Origin: Chloroflexota bacterium
Lineage (GTDB): Bacteria > Chloroflexota > UBA11872 > VXOZ01
DNA: 64,000 bases
NCBI GenBank assembly: GCA_963662335.2
Contig: CAXXVD010000002.1
Span: forward strand, 352,001-416,000
Direction of reading: 5' to 3'
Shown here one piece after another: positions 1 through 9,978 of this stretch (position 1 is its first letter; every line of letters starts with the position of its first letter). The notes beneath the pieces were generated by a model. The model did no database searches. It was not told the origin of the DNA and was given only the letters and a program-made list of their open reading frames with translations. The position numbers and the translations under genes were made by a program.

Positions 1-390
1 CACCAGGACTGGCCCTACGAGCGCCACAGTAAGTCCGACTTGGCGGCGGCGATCATCTACCTGGATGCCAACGACGTCGATCAGGGCGCGACTACGGTGC
101 TGCCCGGCAGCCACTTGATGGGCGAGTGGGAGACGTTTCACGGCCATCAGGTGGCCGACGAGAAGGTAGCGGACTACGACCCGGTGCCCATGATCGCCAA
201 GCCCGGCGACGTGCTCTTCATCCACGTGATGGTGCTGCACACCGCCGGCAATAATTACTCGCACACCTCGCGCCACAAGGTCATCAACGAGTATAAGAGC
301 AAAGAAGCCATCGATCAGTGGGGCAACAAGTGCGCCTTCGCCGGCATGCCGGTGGCGCGCGGCGGCCGGGTGTGCGTACCGCAGATCTAG
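1..390 (+). CDS. Phytanoyl-CoA dioxygenase (PhyH) family Fe(II)/2-oxoglutarate oxygenase, 5'-truncated by the window edge
   Basis: Frame 1 is open from base 1 and reads HQDWPY (HxD motif), then GATTVLPGSH and PGDVLFIHVMVLHTAGNN (distal His). Confidence 0.85.
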   Translation, partial: HQDWPYERHSKSDLAAAIIYLDANDVDQGATTVLPGSHLMGEWETFHGHQVADEKVADYDPVPMIAKPGDVLFIHVMVLHTAGNNYSHTSRHKVINEYKSKEAIDQWGNKCAFAGMPVARGGRVCVPQI

Positions 391-438
391 CGTGGCGCGC
401 AGGCCCATAAGCCCGGCTCGGTCGCACTAGGCACACCT

Positions 439-2358
439 ATGGCACAGGCACTCCCAACCCCGCGTCTTTTCGACAACACCTCCGACTGGTTCCCCATCAA
501 CCGCGCGTGGCAATTCGCGCCGCCGGCGGACATACATGGGGAGATGTCGCCCAACGAGGTGCAAGCCGCCAGCGGGCATACCTTTGTGGCCGCGCTCACT
601 CTGGGGCCGGCGCTCACGCTGCCCACCGGCGCGCACCTCACCCTGGAAGTGCCGAGCACGTGGGAGTGCCATCTGGGCAATCCTTACCCGCGCGGCTTGA
701 AGACCGTGGGCAGCCGCGACAAGAGCCAGATTCGCAAGGTTGGCTACGGCGCGTTCACCGACGTAGAGTGCTCGCGGCCCGGCGTGACGCTGGCCCTTGC
801 CGCCTCGTGGGGGCGGCACATGGACCTGGTGGACGTGGTGGTGCAGGCCGGCGAACTGGGCCCGGGTGACGCCGTGCGCATCATCCTGGGGCCGCCGGAC
901 GGCAACCTGGTGCAAGCGCAGCGCTACGCACAGGTGGCCATCTTCACGGTGGGCGTGGACAGAGAAGGCGACGGCGCGTACCGCCGCGCCGCCACGCATC
1001 CAACCGTCCGCGTGGTTGGCGCGCACGCCGAGCGCTTCAAGGTGTTTGCGCCCGCGGTCGTCGCTCCCGGAGAGGACTTCGCCATCCGCGTGCTGCCGGT
1101 GGACGGCTACAGCTACAATGCGGCCACCGGCTATCGGGGAGAGGCCCACACCATTGCCACCGGCGGCTTGGATGTTCCAGGCAGCGTGGCGCTCGACCAG
1201 TCGGCGGCGCCGGCCGGCGCGGCCATCTCCGCGCAGGCAACGAGCGCGGGCATCCACCGCGTCACGGTAGTTGATCCAGATACCGGCATCGCCGGCAAGA
1301 GCAATCCCATTGGCGCGGGGTTCTTGCCTGATCGCAACGTCTACTTTGGCGAGATGCACAGCCAGATGTGGCACAGCCAGGGTACCGGCACGACGGCGGA
1401 GTTCTTCCAATGGGGGCGCGACGTGGCCGGTCTCGACTTCTGCGCGCCGGCCAACCACTACAAGATGCGCTTCGAGATCGTGGATGACGTCTGGCGGGAA
1501 GTGGTGGACACGTCGAACGCTCTCAACGCTCCCCACGAGTTCGTCACGCTGGTCAGCCACGAGTGGGGCACCGGCAACCCCAACGGCCACAAGAACATCT
1601 ATCATCGCGGCGATAGCGCCGAGTTCATCTGCTCGTTCGGGCCGGGCGGCATGACGCCGGACGAGCTTTGGTCAATCCTGGAAGGCCGCGACGCGCTGAC
1701 CATCCCCCACCACACCAAGTTCGGCAACGTCACCAACTGGGACTACCGCAACGATACCCACCAACGCCTGGTGGAGATCTGCTCCAGTTGGGGCATCTCG
1801 GAGACCGGCGGGCCGCACAGCGTGCAGCGGGCGCTGGCCATGGGACACCGGCTCGGCTTCATCGGCGGCACCGATTCCCACCACGGCCTGGCGAACCAGG
1901 GCAGCTTCTTCGTGGACGACGGCAACGGCCTCGCCTGCGTGATGGCACGCGAATTGACCCGCGACGCCGTCTGGCAGGCGCTCCACGAGCGGCGCTGCTA
2001 CGCCACCACCGGCGACCGCATCCTGCTGGACTTCACACTGGACGGCGCGCCGATGGGTTCCGACCTCGCCGTCGACCTGGAGGATTACGGCCCCCGGCAT
2101 TTCACCATCCGGGTCGCGGGCACGTACCCCATCGACTCAATCGAATTGGTGCAGAACAACGAGGTAGTTCTAACGGTGCATCCCGCCAGCGACGTCTGGG
2201 AAGCCGGATTTACCGATTACCAACCCCTGGCGGAACTGGCGCTGCAACCCACGTTCCCCAACGACCGCCCCTTCGTCTTCTACTACCTCCGCGTCACCCA
2301 GGACAACCGCCAAATGGCCTGGTCGAGTCCAATTTGGCTCACAAGCCGGTCACGCTAG
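439..2358 (+). CDS. DUF3604 / CehA-McbA-like PHP-fold metallohydrolase
   Basis: Motifs YFGEMHSQ, LDFCAPANH, HEW, IPHH, GFIGGTDSH, RRCYATTG and C-terminal YYLRVTQ..AWSSPIW. Confidence 0.8.
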   Translation: MAQALPTPRLFDNTSDWFPINRAWQFAPPADIHGEMSPNEVQAASGHTFVAALTLGPALTLPTGAHLTLEVPSTWECHLGNPYPRGLKTVGSRDKSQIRKVGYGAFTDVECSRPGVTLALAASWGRHMDLVDVVVQAGELGPGDAVRIILGPPDGNLVQAQRYAQVAIFTVGVDREGDGAYRRAATHPTVRVVGAHAERFKVFAPAVVAPGEDFAIRVLPVDGYSYNAATGYRGEAHTIATGGLDVPGSVALDQSAAPAGAAISAQATSAGIHRVTVVDPDTGIAGKSNPIGAGFLPDRNVYFGEMHSQMWHSQGTGTTAEFFQWGRDVAGLDFCAPANHYKMRFEIVDDVWREVVDTSNALNAPHEFVTLVSHEWGTGNPNGHKNIYHRGDSAEFICSFGPGGMTPDELWSILEGRDALTIPHHTKFGNVTNWDYRNDTHQRLVEICSSWGISETGGPHSVQRALAMGHRLGFIGGTDSHHGLANQGSFFVDDGNGLACVMARELTRDAVWQALHERRCYATTGDRILLDFTLDGAPMGSDLAVDLEDYGPRHFTIRVAGTYPIDSIELVQNNEVVLTVHPASDVWEAGFTDYQPLAELALQPTFPNDRPFVFYYLRVTQDNRQMAWSSPIWLTSRSR

Positions 2359-2407
2359 CCCAGCGGAAAGCGGTTAAGCAGAATACCCGCGGCGCTACGC
2401 AGGCCGC

Positions 2408-2602
2408 TCAAACTCTCGTGGAACCTCGGAGCTTGCCGCCCGGGGGTTTGCGCGAGGTTCTGACAATAGGCGGCCTCTCCCTGGGTCCAGTGCCGCGCTT
2501 GACAGGGATACGCCACTCAAACCTCATCTTGGCAGGGCGCTCTTTTGGCAATCCTTCGTCTTGGTGAAGGCATTCCTCGTTGCCTTTGTCGCCACTTGCC
2601 AC
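2408..2602 (-). CDS. Small Pro/Lys/Arg-rich peptide B, paralog of 2907-3065
   Basis: Probable GTG start at 2602 (the ORF track extends it to 2650). Contains GTGPRERPPIVRTSRKPPG, with the same motif spacing as peptide A. Confidence 0.5.
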   Translation of the reverse strand: MASGDKGNEECLHQDEGLPKERPAKMRFEWRIPVKRGTGPRERPPIVRTSRKPPGGKLRGSTRV

Positions 2603-2612
2603 TGTAGCCTTC

Positions 2613-2877
2613 TTACGCAAACGTTTTAGGGCTTTGCTCAAGAATGTCATGGTGTGTTGTTTTCACCCAGCCCTTGGCAGTCCGCGCCTCCGGCGAGCGT
2701 GTGCAAATGGGAGTGCGTTCTAACCGCTTCTACAATTTCGGACACAAGATAACCAAAGGTCTCCGGGTGTCTCTCACCCGGCTCCAAGACTAACTGAAAC
2801 TCTGGAAAGAAGATGATCCCAGGCAAGTCACCATATCGTCCAGAGAGCCTCTGCGCAAGCCCGAGGCATGGAGGCAA
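2613..2877 (-). pseudogene. Degenerate C-terminal paralog fragment of the 3095-3736 membrane protein
   Basis: LEPGERHPETFGYLVSEIVEAVRTHSHLH matches IEPDESHPETCEFIVSKEVKSVVIYTYFH. After a frameshift near 2700, SPEARTAKGWVKTTHHDILE matches SPGAQAAEGWHATTVHDIME. Confidence 0.7.
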
Positions 2878-2906
2878 AGGAGGAAACGCTACACGCCTGA
2901 CCGCAG

Positions 2907-3065
2907 TTACTTGGACGGCTTCGACTGTTGTGGAGGATTAGGCGTGGTCTTGGGCTTGATCGCTCCCGGGGGTTTCCCAGAGAAATCGGCTTTGGGAGGC
3001 GCGTTCTTTGGCCCCGTCCCCTTAATGACAACCTCTGGTCTCTTTTCTTTGTCGCTGGTAGGCAT
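2907..3065 (-). CDS. 52-aa Pro/Lys-rich peptide A (not in ORF track)
   Basis: GGAGG RBS 5 nt before the ATG. Translation MPTSDKEKRPEVVIKGTGPKNAPPKADFSGKPPGAIKPKTTPNPPQQSKPSK*. Starts about 30 nt downstream of the 3095-3736 stop. Confidence 0.65.
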   Translation of the reverse strand: MPTSDKEKRPEVVIKGTGPKNAPPKADFSGKPPGAIKPKTTPNPPQQSKPSK

Positions 3066-3094
3066 TGCGTCCTCCATCCACTGAAACTGTGCCC

Positions 3095-3736
3095 TTACGC
3101 TTCCATAATATCGTGGACTGTCGTTGCATGCCAGCCTTCGGCAGCTTGTGCGCCCGGCGAGAATCTCGAATTATGGAAATAAGTGTATATGACGACTGAC
3201 TTTACCTCCTTCGACACGATAAACTCACATGTCTCTGGGTGCGATTCATCCGGTTCAATGATCGTCTCATTCTTTTCCCAATTGCGCCGCACCTGTTCAA
3301 GGGTAGGCCACTGAATAGCAGTCTGCTCTCCGTCGGCAAACACTTCGGCATAGAGCGCCTCAAGGTCTTCGTCCGACACTGGCGTAACCTGCTGCAACCA
3401 ATAAAGGCCTTCGCGCAACTCAATGTGCACTTTCGAGCTGTTGTGCAGCACGGCGGTCACGGCGATGTGGACGTAGCTGTCGCCGACGGGGCGGTGGGAG
3501 ACCTCGTGGGTGATCGTCAGGTGCGGCTCGGATTCGCGGAACTCCTGCCACTTGTGCCAGGCGAAGAGTCCACCGGCGATAATGGCAATAATGGTGAATA
3601 GCGACTGGGTAATCTCGACGGATTCCCTGAAATTCTCGATGCGCAAAGCAGCAAGAGACGCAGCCAGGATGATGAGGCACAGCCCGACCACGACCGCGAG
3701 GACTGTGGCGACAAGGCTGGTGTTTAGCTTGCCCAT
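3095..3736 (-). CDS. Hypothetical membrane protein (two N-terminal TM helices plus beta-rich soluble domain)
   Basis: Two hydrophobic segments, an AGAGGA RBS, and a degenerate paralog immediately downstream. Confidence 0.75.
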   Translation of the reverse strand: MGKLNTSLVATVLAVVVGLCLIILAASLAALRIENFRESVEITQSLFTIIAIIAGGLFAWHKWQEFRESEPHLTITHEVSHRPVGDSYVHIAVTAVLHNSSKVHIELREGLYWLQQVTPVSDEDLEALYAEVFADGEQTAIQWPTLEQVRRNWEKNETIIEPDESHPETCEFIVSKEVKSVVIYTYFHNSRFSPGAQAAEGWHATTVHDIMEA

Positions 3737-3977
3737 GCGAATCCTCTTCCTGGCAATCTAGCCAAACAGCCTTTCCCATCTATCATGCCGGCGTTGCTGG
3801 TTCTGGCCCCTGTTGCCAGCAGTCTAGAGTCTGTGGCTAAGAAGTGGATCAATCCAAATACCCTACTTCAAGTCTTAGCAGCAGACAAGCTCTGAGTTCT
3901 ATTCTAAATGCGGCTCTTGGCCTGAGTCACTCCCACATGGTAGCGTAGAGAGAAGAGGGTCCCCACGCAGAGTCAAA

Positions 3978-5219
3978 GTGAGGCAGATTGAATACATGAA
4001 TACTCTCCAAGAAACGCTCATTTCTGTACTGGATGGCACTTGCGAACCTCAAGAATTGTTGCCCAGCTTGGTTATCCCTCAACTGCGAGAATGGGGGATA
4101 CATTTGAGCGACTCCGAAAGAACCCAACTCGAAGATGAATTCCAGAAGATCACTCTCGAGGCAGCAACGTTGAACTTAACGAATTTCAGGTTCTTGGATT
4201 CGACCGAGTCTCGACTCATCACTGCTGAGAATCGCATGCCTATTGCCAAGAAGACTCTCATGTATGTGCTGGGTCTAGCCATGGCCGAGAAAACCAGGAA
4301 TCTGGTGGAGGGCTTGGAGGGGCACGCTACCTCAATACTTAGCGATGAGCGTGAACAACAGTTGCAACTCGAACAGAGAGTGAGTGAAGAGTGGCAAGAA
4401 CCGCTTGATCTCCTTGGTGTGCACATTGCACTAGCCAAAGGGGTTAGGTCGCTCTTCGATGACCAAGTACTTAGTAACGCCGCCCACTCAGGCGACTTAG
4501 TGTTCCCAGTTCTTGCAAACCTACATGCAAGAGCGTGCCAAGTTTCATCTGAGATTCTCGTTCTGTTGCGTTTCGGCCTTAGCGAAGGGGCATTCGCGCG
4601 CTGGCGTACGCTCTATGAGCTATCGGCTGTGAGCCAGTTCATTAAGAAGAACGGCAAGGAAGTTGCAGAAAGATACCTGTTCCATAATCCGCTAGAGCGC
4701 AGCAAGTTAGCGCGCCAATACCTGCAAGATATAGACCCAGGCAACTCGAGCAATCTTCCCCAGGAGTTCGTCGAAGACCTCGCGGCCCTCCAGGGTTCAC
4801 TTGTGAAGAAATACGGCAAGGAGTTTGAAAGAGACTACGGTTGGGCGGCACCTGAACTGAAGGGCACTCCCAATCTTCGCAGAATCGCGGAAAGTGTCGG
4901 CCTAGGCAGTTCGTATTCCGCTTACAAGCTAGCAAGCAGCAGCATACATGCAAGTGCCCTGAGAAGCTTTCAGTCTTCAGTACCAGGAGATCCATTGGGA
5001 AGAGCAGAGCACGCTGTCCCAAGCTCTATTGACCTAAAGTCGCCTGGCTACCACTGCGCAAGGTCCCTGGAGGAGATCACCACCACACTACTCAAGTCCC
5101 AACCGGGGCTGGACGATGGTGCCACACTCAAGCGCGGGGCAATTATCAGGTCTCTGTACAAGCTCGCGAGTGATGTTCTTAAGGCGTTTGATAGAGTTGA
5201 GAGCAAGGTCGAATTCTAA
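3978..5219 (+). CDS. DUF5677-like protein, paralog 1
   Basis: LHARACQVSSEILVLL..G...GA.ARWRTLYE core and YKLASSSIH motif. Low GC. The start may be the ATG at 3996. Confidence 0.7.
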   Translation: MRQIEYMNTLQETLISVLDGTCEPQELLPSLVIPQLREWGIHLSDSERTQLEDEFQKITLEAATLNLTNFRFLDSTESRLITAENRMPIAKKTLMYVLGLAMAEKTRNLVEGLEGHATSILSDEREQQLQLEQRVSEEWQEPLDLLGVHIALAKGVRSLFDDQVLSNAAHSGDLVFPVLANLHARACQVSSEILVLLRFGLSEGAFARWRTLYELSAVSQFIKKNGKEVAERYLFHNPLERSKLARQYLQDIDPGNSSNLPQEFVEDLAALQGSLVKKYGKEFERDYGWAAPELKGTPNLRRIAESVGLGSSYSAYKLASSSIHASALRSFQSSVPGDPLGRAEHAVPSSIDLKSPGYHCARSLEEITTTLLKSQPGLDDGATLKRGAIIRSLYKLASDVLKAFDRVESKVEF

Positions 5220-5395
5220 TTCGAGCCTGATTGCAGACGTCAGGTTGGCAACTACTTTCTCCTCTGTCGGACATCAGGTCTGCATTCAGATCGAGTACAT
5301 CAGCGAATGTCTTTGACACAGACATGCTTTTGCATGTTTGCGTAGAGTAATGTACACATAATCTACGCGAGGCCAGCTTTGGGAGGGTTGAACTG

Positions 5396-6682
5396 GTGAA
5401 TAGGCTGCAAGAACTGTTCGATGCTACCTTGGAGGAGTGCCTAGACCTTCAAGGGTTTGCCTTAGATGCAATAGTCAACAAGCTTCAAGAGCATGGGATT
5501 ACATTGAGTGAGGCAGGGAAGCAGCGTATTGAGCAACAGCTAGAGGAATCTGACTGGGCAAGAAGCAGTTTAGTCTTGGAAGATGAGGACATCGACACCA
5601 ACAAGAGCAAGATTACTCCAGATGAGCACATTTCCCTAGATTTCACCGATGCCAACACTGCGAAGTATTTGGATGAAGTAAAAGCGATAGTAGCCGACAT
5701 AGTCCCAAGTGTGAGTGAGTCGACTGCCGAAGACATGCTAGTAACGATCAAGCGGGATGCTCCCTCTATGTTAAGGGAACAGCGCCGGGAGCAACGGCTA
5801 TTTGAAAAGAGGATCCGAAAACGTTGGAACAAGCCACTTGACCTCCTTGAACTCTTCATCTCGATAGCTGTGGAGGCAGGGTCCGACTTTAACAGCGAAT
5901 CGCGCAAAGACGGTAAGCGGTTAGGCGATGCGAAGTTCGAGGCACTTACACGGCTGCACGCGAGAGCATGTCAAGTTTCATCGGAAATCCTCGTTCTTTT
6001 GTGCTCCGGCTATGCAGACGGAGCGCATGCTCGCTGGCGCACTCTGTACGAGATTGCAGTGGTTAGTTCCTTCATTAGGGAAAAAGACCAAGTCTTGGCT
6101 GAAAGGTACCTTCGTCACGAGATCATTCAGCAATATAAGCTAGCATGTCAGCACCAAATATACGAGGAACGACTCAATGCCACACCGCTTTCACAGCAGG
6201 AATTCGACGAATTGAAGGCAATCCGAGACCAAAGAATAGACCAATATGGAGATGCCTTCAAGACTGACTACGGCTGGGCGGCATCAACATTAGGGGTTGG
6301 CAAGCCCAACCTGATTGACGTTGCTAAGTATGTGAAACTTGATCATATGATCCCCTACTACAAGATGGCAAGTGATAACGTACATGCGCACTCGCACGGC
6401 GCTTCCTATAGGTTAGGCTCAAGCCTGCACCCCAAGAAGATACTCTTGGCGGGACCAAGCATCATGGGTCTTGCCGATCCTGGGCATTCAACTGCCATTT
6501 CACTTAACCAAGTGACTGTGAGTCTGCTTACCACTAGCCCGAACCTTGATTGCCTAGTGGCCCTAAAGATCCTCATGAAATTGCTGGATGAGATTGGGGA
6601 CGCATTCCTTCAAGTGCACCGAGAGCTTGAAAGCCTAGCTGAGGCTCAAGTTGGCGACAATGGTCAAGAGCTTGACCAATAG
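5396..6682 (+). CDS. DUF5677-like protein, paralog 2
   Basis: Same core as paralog 1, plus YKMASDNVH. GGGAGG RBS before the GTG. Low GC. Confidence 0.75.
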   Translation: MNRLQELFDATLEECLDLQGFALDAIVNKLQEHGITLSEAGKQRIEQQLEESDWARSSLVLEDEDIDTNKSKITPDEHISLDFTDANTAKYLDEVKAIVADIVPSVSESTAEDMLVTIKRDAPSMLREQRREQRLFEKRIRKRWNKPLDLLELFISIAVEAGSDFNSESRKDGKRLGDAKFEALTRLHARACQVSSEILVLLCSGYADGAHARWRTLYEIAVVSSFIREKDQVLAERYLRHEIIQQYKLACQHQIYEERLNATPLSQQEFDELKAIRDQRIDQYGDAFKTDYGWAASTLGVGKPNLIDVAKYVKLDHMIPYYKMASDNVHAHSHGASYRLGSSLHPKKILLAGPSIMGLADPGHSTAISLNQVTVSLLTTSPNLDCLVALKILMKLLDEIGDAFLQVHRELESLAEAQVGDNGQELDQ

Positions 6683-6716
6683 ATTCTGCCATGTATCGCA
6701 ATTGCTATCGTCAACG

Positions 6717-9700
6717 CTAACTATTCAATAGCTTCTTCACCACGTCTTCTACGGCCTTGCCTTCTTTGGATGCGCGGAGCCATTTGCGGAGTTCGCGGCG
6801 GGCTATGGTGACGGTTAGGGGGCGAGGGGTGCGGCGGTTGGCGGTGGTGGGGGTTTGGATGCGTTGGGCGCGGAGTTCGGCGAGTTGTGCGGCGGCGCCG
6901 GTGGCGGCGGACTGGCCGGCTGCGGCGGTGGCGGTGTGGAGCGGGTCGGTGGGGTTGAATTTGGGGATGGGGAGTTTCCAGAGGTGCTTGTGTAGGTGGC
7001 GGGTATTGCCAGCCCAGTTTGCGGTCGTGAACCTGTTGACTGCCGCTGCCAGGGTGTCGCTGTTGATGATTGCCAGCAGGTAATTGGCCTCTTGGTCATT
7101 GCTGCAAGCAATCCAAAACAACGTGTAATCGATTAAGGTGTCATCGTCCTGAAGCAACGCCGCTGTCGGCGCGCCCGATTGATTGTATATTACACGCACC
7201 GGTCTATTGCCCGAGTTCTGCTGCCAGTCGAGTTGTGCCGAAAGTTTGCCGTAATAGTCAAGCTGTTCCAAGAGGCTCAGCTTATTGGCAGTCGCCTTAT
7301 TTTGCTCCCAGAAGCCGCTAACGGTTTGCCAGCGCTCGCGCATTCGTCGTTCCAATCTGCCAAGATTAACACCCCTAGTGACATCGGAATCAATAGGTAG
7401 TTGGCGCTCTCCGCGATTCAGGGGCAGTATCGCATTTAGAGGGTCTAGAGTGACATATGGGGCCAACGTTTCACCCAAGTGGACACGGAAGCGATGTCGC
7501 TCCTCAATGGTCTGGCTTGTGATTGCAGCGAGGTCAAGGCTGCGCCACGGCTCTTTGTCATAGACACCCCGCCGCGGGTTCACGGTAACGGTCTGGCTGG
7601 TTTGGATAATGGCGGGGTTTTCGGTCTCGTGCACGAAGAATAGGCAGCGTGGAACCACCGTAGCGCCTTCCCGGGTATATGCGGCGTAAGGAGAAACGCT
7701 GCCCTCCGAGGTGTCCGTGATGGTTGCTAGTTCCCGCCGCACCTCGGAGGCACCGGCTTTGCCGCGCCAACTTTCCACAGAGCCCCGCAGGGGATTTGCT
7801 ACCTCGCTGTCACCTGTGCTCTGCGCAAACACGACGCACGCGGGAATGGGAAAGAAGGTATTGGGTTCCAGCCGTTCCAGGTCCCAGGCGCGCTTGTAGT
7901 CGAACTCTACCGACAAGGTAAAGGCATAGGAGCGATTGCGTCCCCGTCCCTGTGGTTTGGAACGCCACAGGCCGCTGCGCCACTTGGTGTACTGCCCGGT
8001 CTGCAGCGCGCTGTGGGGCATCACCATGCCGATTACGCCGCCGTTCTTCAGGTAGAGGTCAACGCAGCGGGTGAAGAAGAGGCCGGCCACGTCCTGGTGG
8101 GTGGCGTAGCGGCCGCCGGCCCAGATGCCGTAGCGGTCCTTGCTGAGGTCCTCCAAAGCCGTGCGCAGCGTGCTAACCGTTTGGTTGTAGTTCAGCCACG
8201 GCGGGTTGCCGATCACCACGTCCACTTTCTCGCGGCTCAGGACGACCGGGCGCACGAGGTTTCGGGTGTAGTAGGCCCAGATGTGGTTGCGGCCGGCGGC
8301 GTGGAGGTCTTGCATGACGGCGATGGTGGTTGTGAGGGTTTCCCGCTCGTTGGGGTCGGTGATGCCGTAGTCGTCCAGGGCGATGAGCGGGTCGGCGCCG
8401 CGCTCGATGGCGCCGGCAATATCGCTCATGAGCGGATCGAACGTGTCGGCGCGGGCGACCAGGCTCACGGGGAAGACCAAAGTGGTGTTCTTTTCGTCCT
8501 CCACCTCGATGGTGACGACGTGCGCGGCGAACATATCGCCGGTGTGGAAGCGCAGTTGCAGCGCGTCGCCCAGGTAGACGGGCACGGAGACGGGGCTGGC
8601 GTAGCCGGCGTTGGCGGCGGCCGTGATCGCCGGGCGCGCCGCCAGCGTCCACGCGGCCCGGGCCAGGTGCACGGCCACCGGATGCACGTCGATGCCGGTA
8701 ACGGCGGTGCGTATTTTTTCTATAGCCTCAATGGGGTCTAGCTTTGCCTGTTGAGCCGCTTCCAAAAAATGCGCCACCGCCGCCACGATGAACGTGCCGG
8801 AACCGCAGGCCGGATCGAGCACCCGTTGCGCCAGCGGCTCCGCCACCAACTCGCGCACCATCACGCGGGCGAGCCAGTCCGGCGTGTAGTATTCGCCCAG
8901 TTGGCGGCGCTCATCGGGCGGGATGACGGTCTCGTAGAGAATCGCGCCCACGTCGGCCGGGGCGTTGCGCCACTCGAAGCGCGCCACGCGCCGCGCCAGG
9001 GTCTTGACCAGCGAGAGGCCGCCCTCAACCTCGGCGGGCCAGGCGAAGAAGTCCGACTCCACGATGCCGTGCAAGCCGGTGGCGTTGTGAAAGCGGCTGC
9101 CGTGCAGCAGGGCGGCCGGCTCGCTCTCGGCCAGTTCGGCAATGTCGATGCCAAACGAGGCCTGCACCACCATGCCGATGGTCATGCTGAGATAGGTGTG
9201 GCGGACGAAGAGGTCGTCCATCTCGCCGGCGCCGCGAGCAATTTCGCCCAGGGCGGCCAGCAGCAGGTTGTGCCAGAGCCGCCGCTTGACGGCAATGGTC
9301 TCGCTGCCGGCGGCGGACTGATAGAGCTGCCTGAGCGTGTCGATGTCGCGTTGGTAGAGGATGCTGTCCGGCCCGAAACGCGCCTGGATGCGCTGGCGGT
9401 CGGGCTGCGTCTGCGGCTCGGCGGCCAGGGCCTCGTCCCGCAGCCAGCGGTAGAGGGCCGCGCCGGAATCGGGCGCATCCAGCGTAAAGGCATAGGGATA
9501 TGTGGTGCGCACCGCGCCCGCGCCGGGCCAGCGCAGCAGCCAGTGCTTGCCGTCGGTCAGAATGCCCAGGCGCGCGCCGCCGCCGGCCTGCGCCGACTGC
9601 GCCAGATAGTCGTCGAGTTGCTCCACGTAGTCGGGATTGGGGGAAATGCCGCCGGGGCCGATGCGGCGCTTGAATTCGATGAAGGTGTCCAGCGCCTTCA

Positions 9701-9893
9701 GGTCTACGGCCTGGCGGGAACCTTGCGCCGGCGGATTTTCTTCTTGAACGTCGGCCGCGCGCACGAGACCGGTGTTGATGAGAAAATCGCGCACGGCGCT
9801 GGTGATGTTGGCCTCGGCTTCGCGGTTGTCGTGCCGCCGCAGGATGTCGGCGGCGAGTTCGCTGAATTGGGCGGTGTCTTGTTCGGCGTCCAT
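6717..9893 (-). CDS. Type IIG-like restriction-modification fusion (PD-(D/E)xK nuclease, N6-adenine MTase, TRD)
   Basis: VDLKALDTFIEFKR nuclease motif, GEYYTPDWL, motif I VLDPACGSGTF and motif IV VIGNPPW. ATG at 9893 has a GGAG RBS; the upstream extension in the ORF track starts inside a REP. Confidence 0.85.
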   Translation of the reverse strand: MDAEQDTAQFSELAADILRRHDNREAEANITSAVRDFLINTGLVRAADVQEENPPAQGSRQAVDLKALDTFIEFKRRIGPGGISPNPDYVEQLDDYLAQSAQAGGGARLGILTDGKHWLLRWPGAGAVRTTYPYAFTLDAPDSGAALYRWLRDEALAAEPQTQPDRQRIQARFGPDSILYQRDIDTLRQLYQSAAGSETIAVKRRLWHNLLLAALGEIARGAGEMDDLFVRHTYLSMTIGMVVQASFGIDIAELAESEPAALLHGSRFHNATGLHGIVESDFFAWPAEVEGGLSLVKTLARRVARFEWRNAPADVGAILYETVIPPDERRQLGEYYTPDWLARVMVRELVAEPLAQRVLDPACGSGTFIVAAVAHFLEAAQQAKLDPIEAIEKIRTAVTGIDVHPVAVHLARAAWTLAARPAITAAANAGYASPVSVPVYLGDALQLRFHTGDMFAAHVVTIEVEDEKNTTLVFPVSLVARADTFDPLMSDIAGAIERGADPLIALDDYGITDPNERETLTTTIAVMQDLHAAGRNHIWAYYTRNLVRPVVLSREKVDVVIGNPPWLNYNQTVSTLRTALEDLSKDRYGIWAGGRYATHQDVAGLFFTRCVDLYLKNGGVIGMVMPHSALQTGQYTKWRSGLWRSKPQGRGRNRSYAFTLSVEFDYKRAWDLERLEPNTFFPIPACVVFAQSTGDSEVANPLRGSVESWRGKAGASEVRRELATITDTSEGSVSPYAAYTREGATVVPRCLFFVHETENPAIIQTSQTVTVNPRRGVYDKEPWRSLDLAAITSQTIEERHRFRVHLGETLAPYVTLDPLNAILPLNRGERQLPIDSDVTRGVNLGRLERRMRERWQTVSGFWEQNKATANKLSLLEQLDYYGKLSAQLDWQQNSGNRPVRVIYNQSGAPTAALLQDDDTLIDYTLFWIACSNDQEANYLLAIINSDTLAAAVNRFTTANWAGNTRHLHKHLWKLPIPKFNPTDPLHTATAAAGQSAATGAAAQLAELRAQRIQTPTTANRRTPRPLTVTIARRELRKWLRASKEGKAVEDVVKKLLNS

Positions 9894-9978
9894 GGGTTTC
9901 TCCGCCTCGGAGGGGAACGGCCGCCTGCGGCGGCTAGGATTGTCTACTACTCTATCCCACGCGCGGCGCATAGCCAAT

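Noticed and set aside
3826-3890. GTCTGTGGCTAAGA...TCTTAGCAGCAGAC inverted repeat as an IS end or scar
   Set aside because: Single imperfect copy, no transposase and no clear target duplication.
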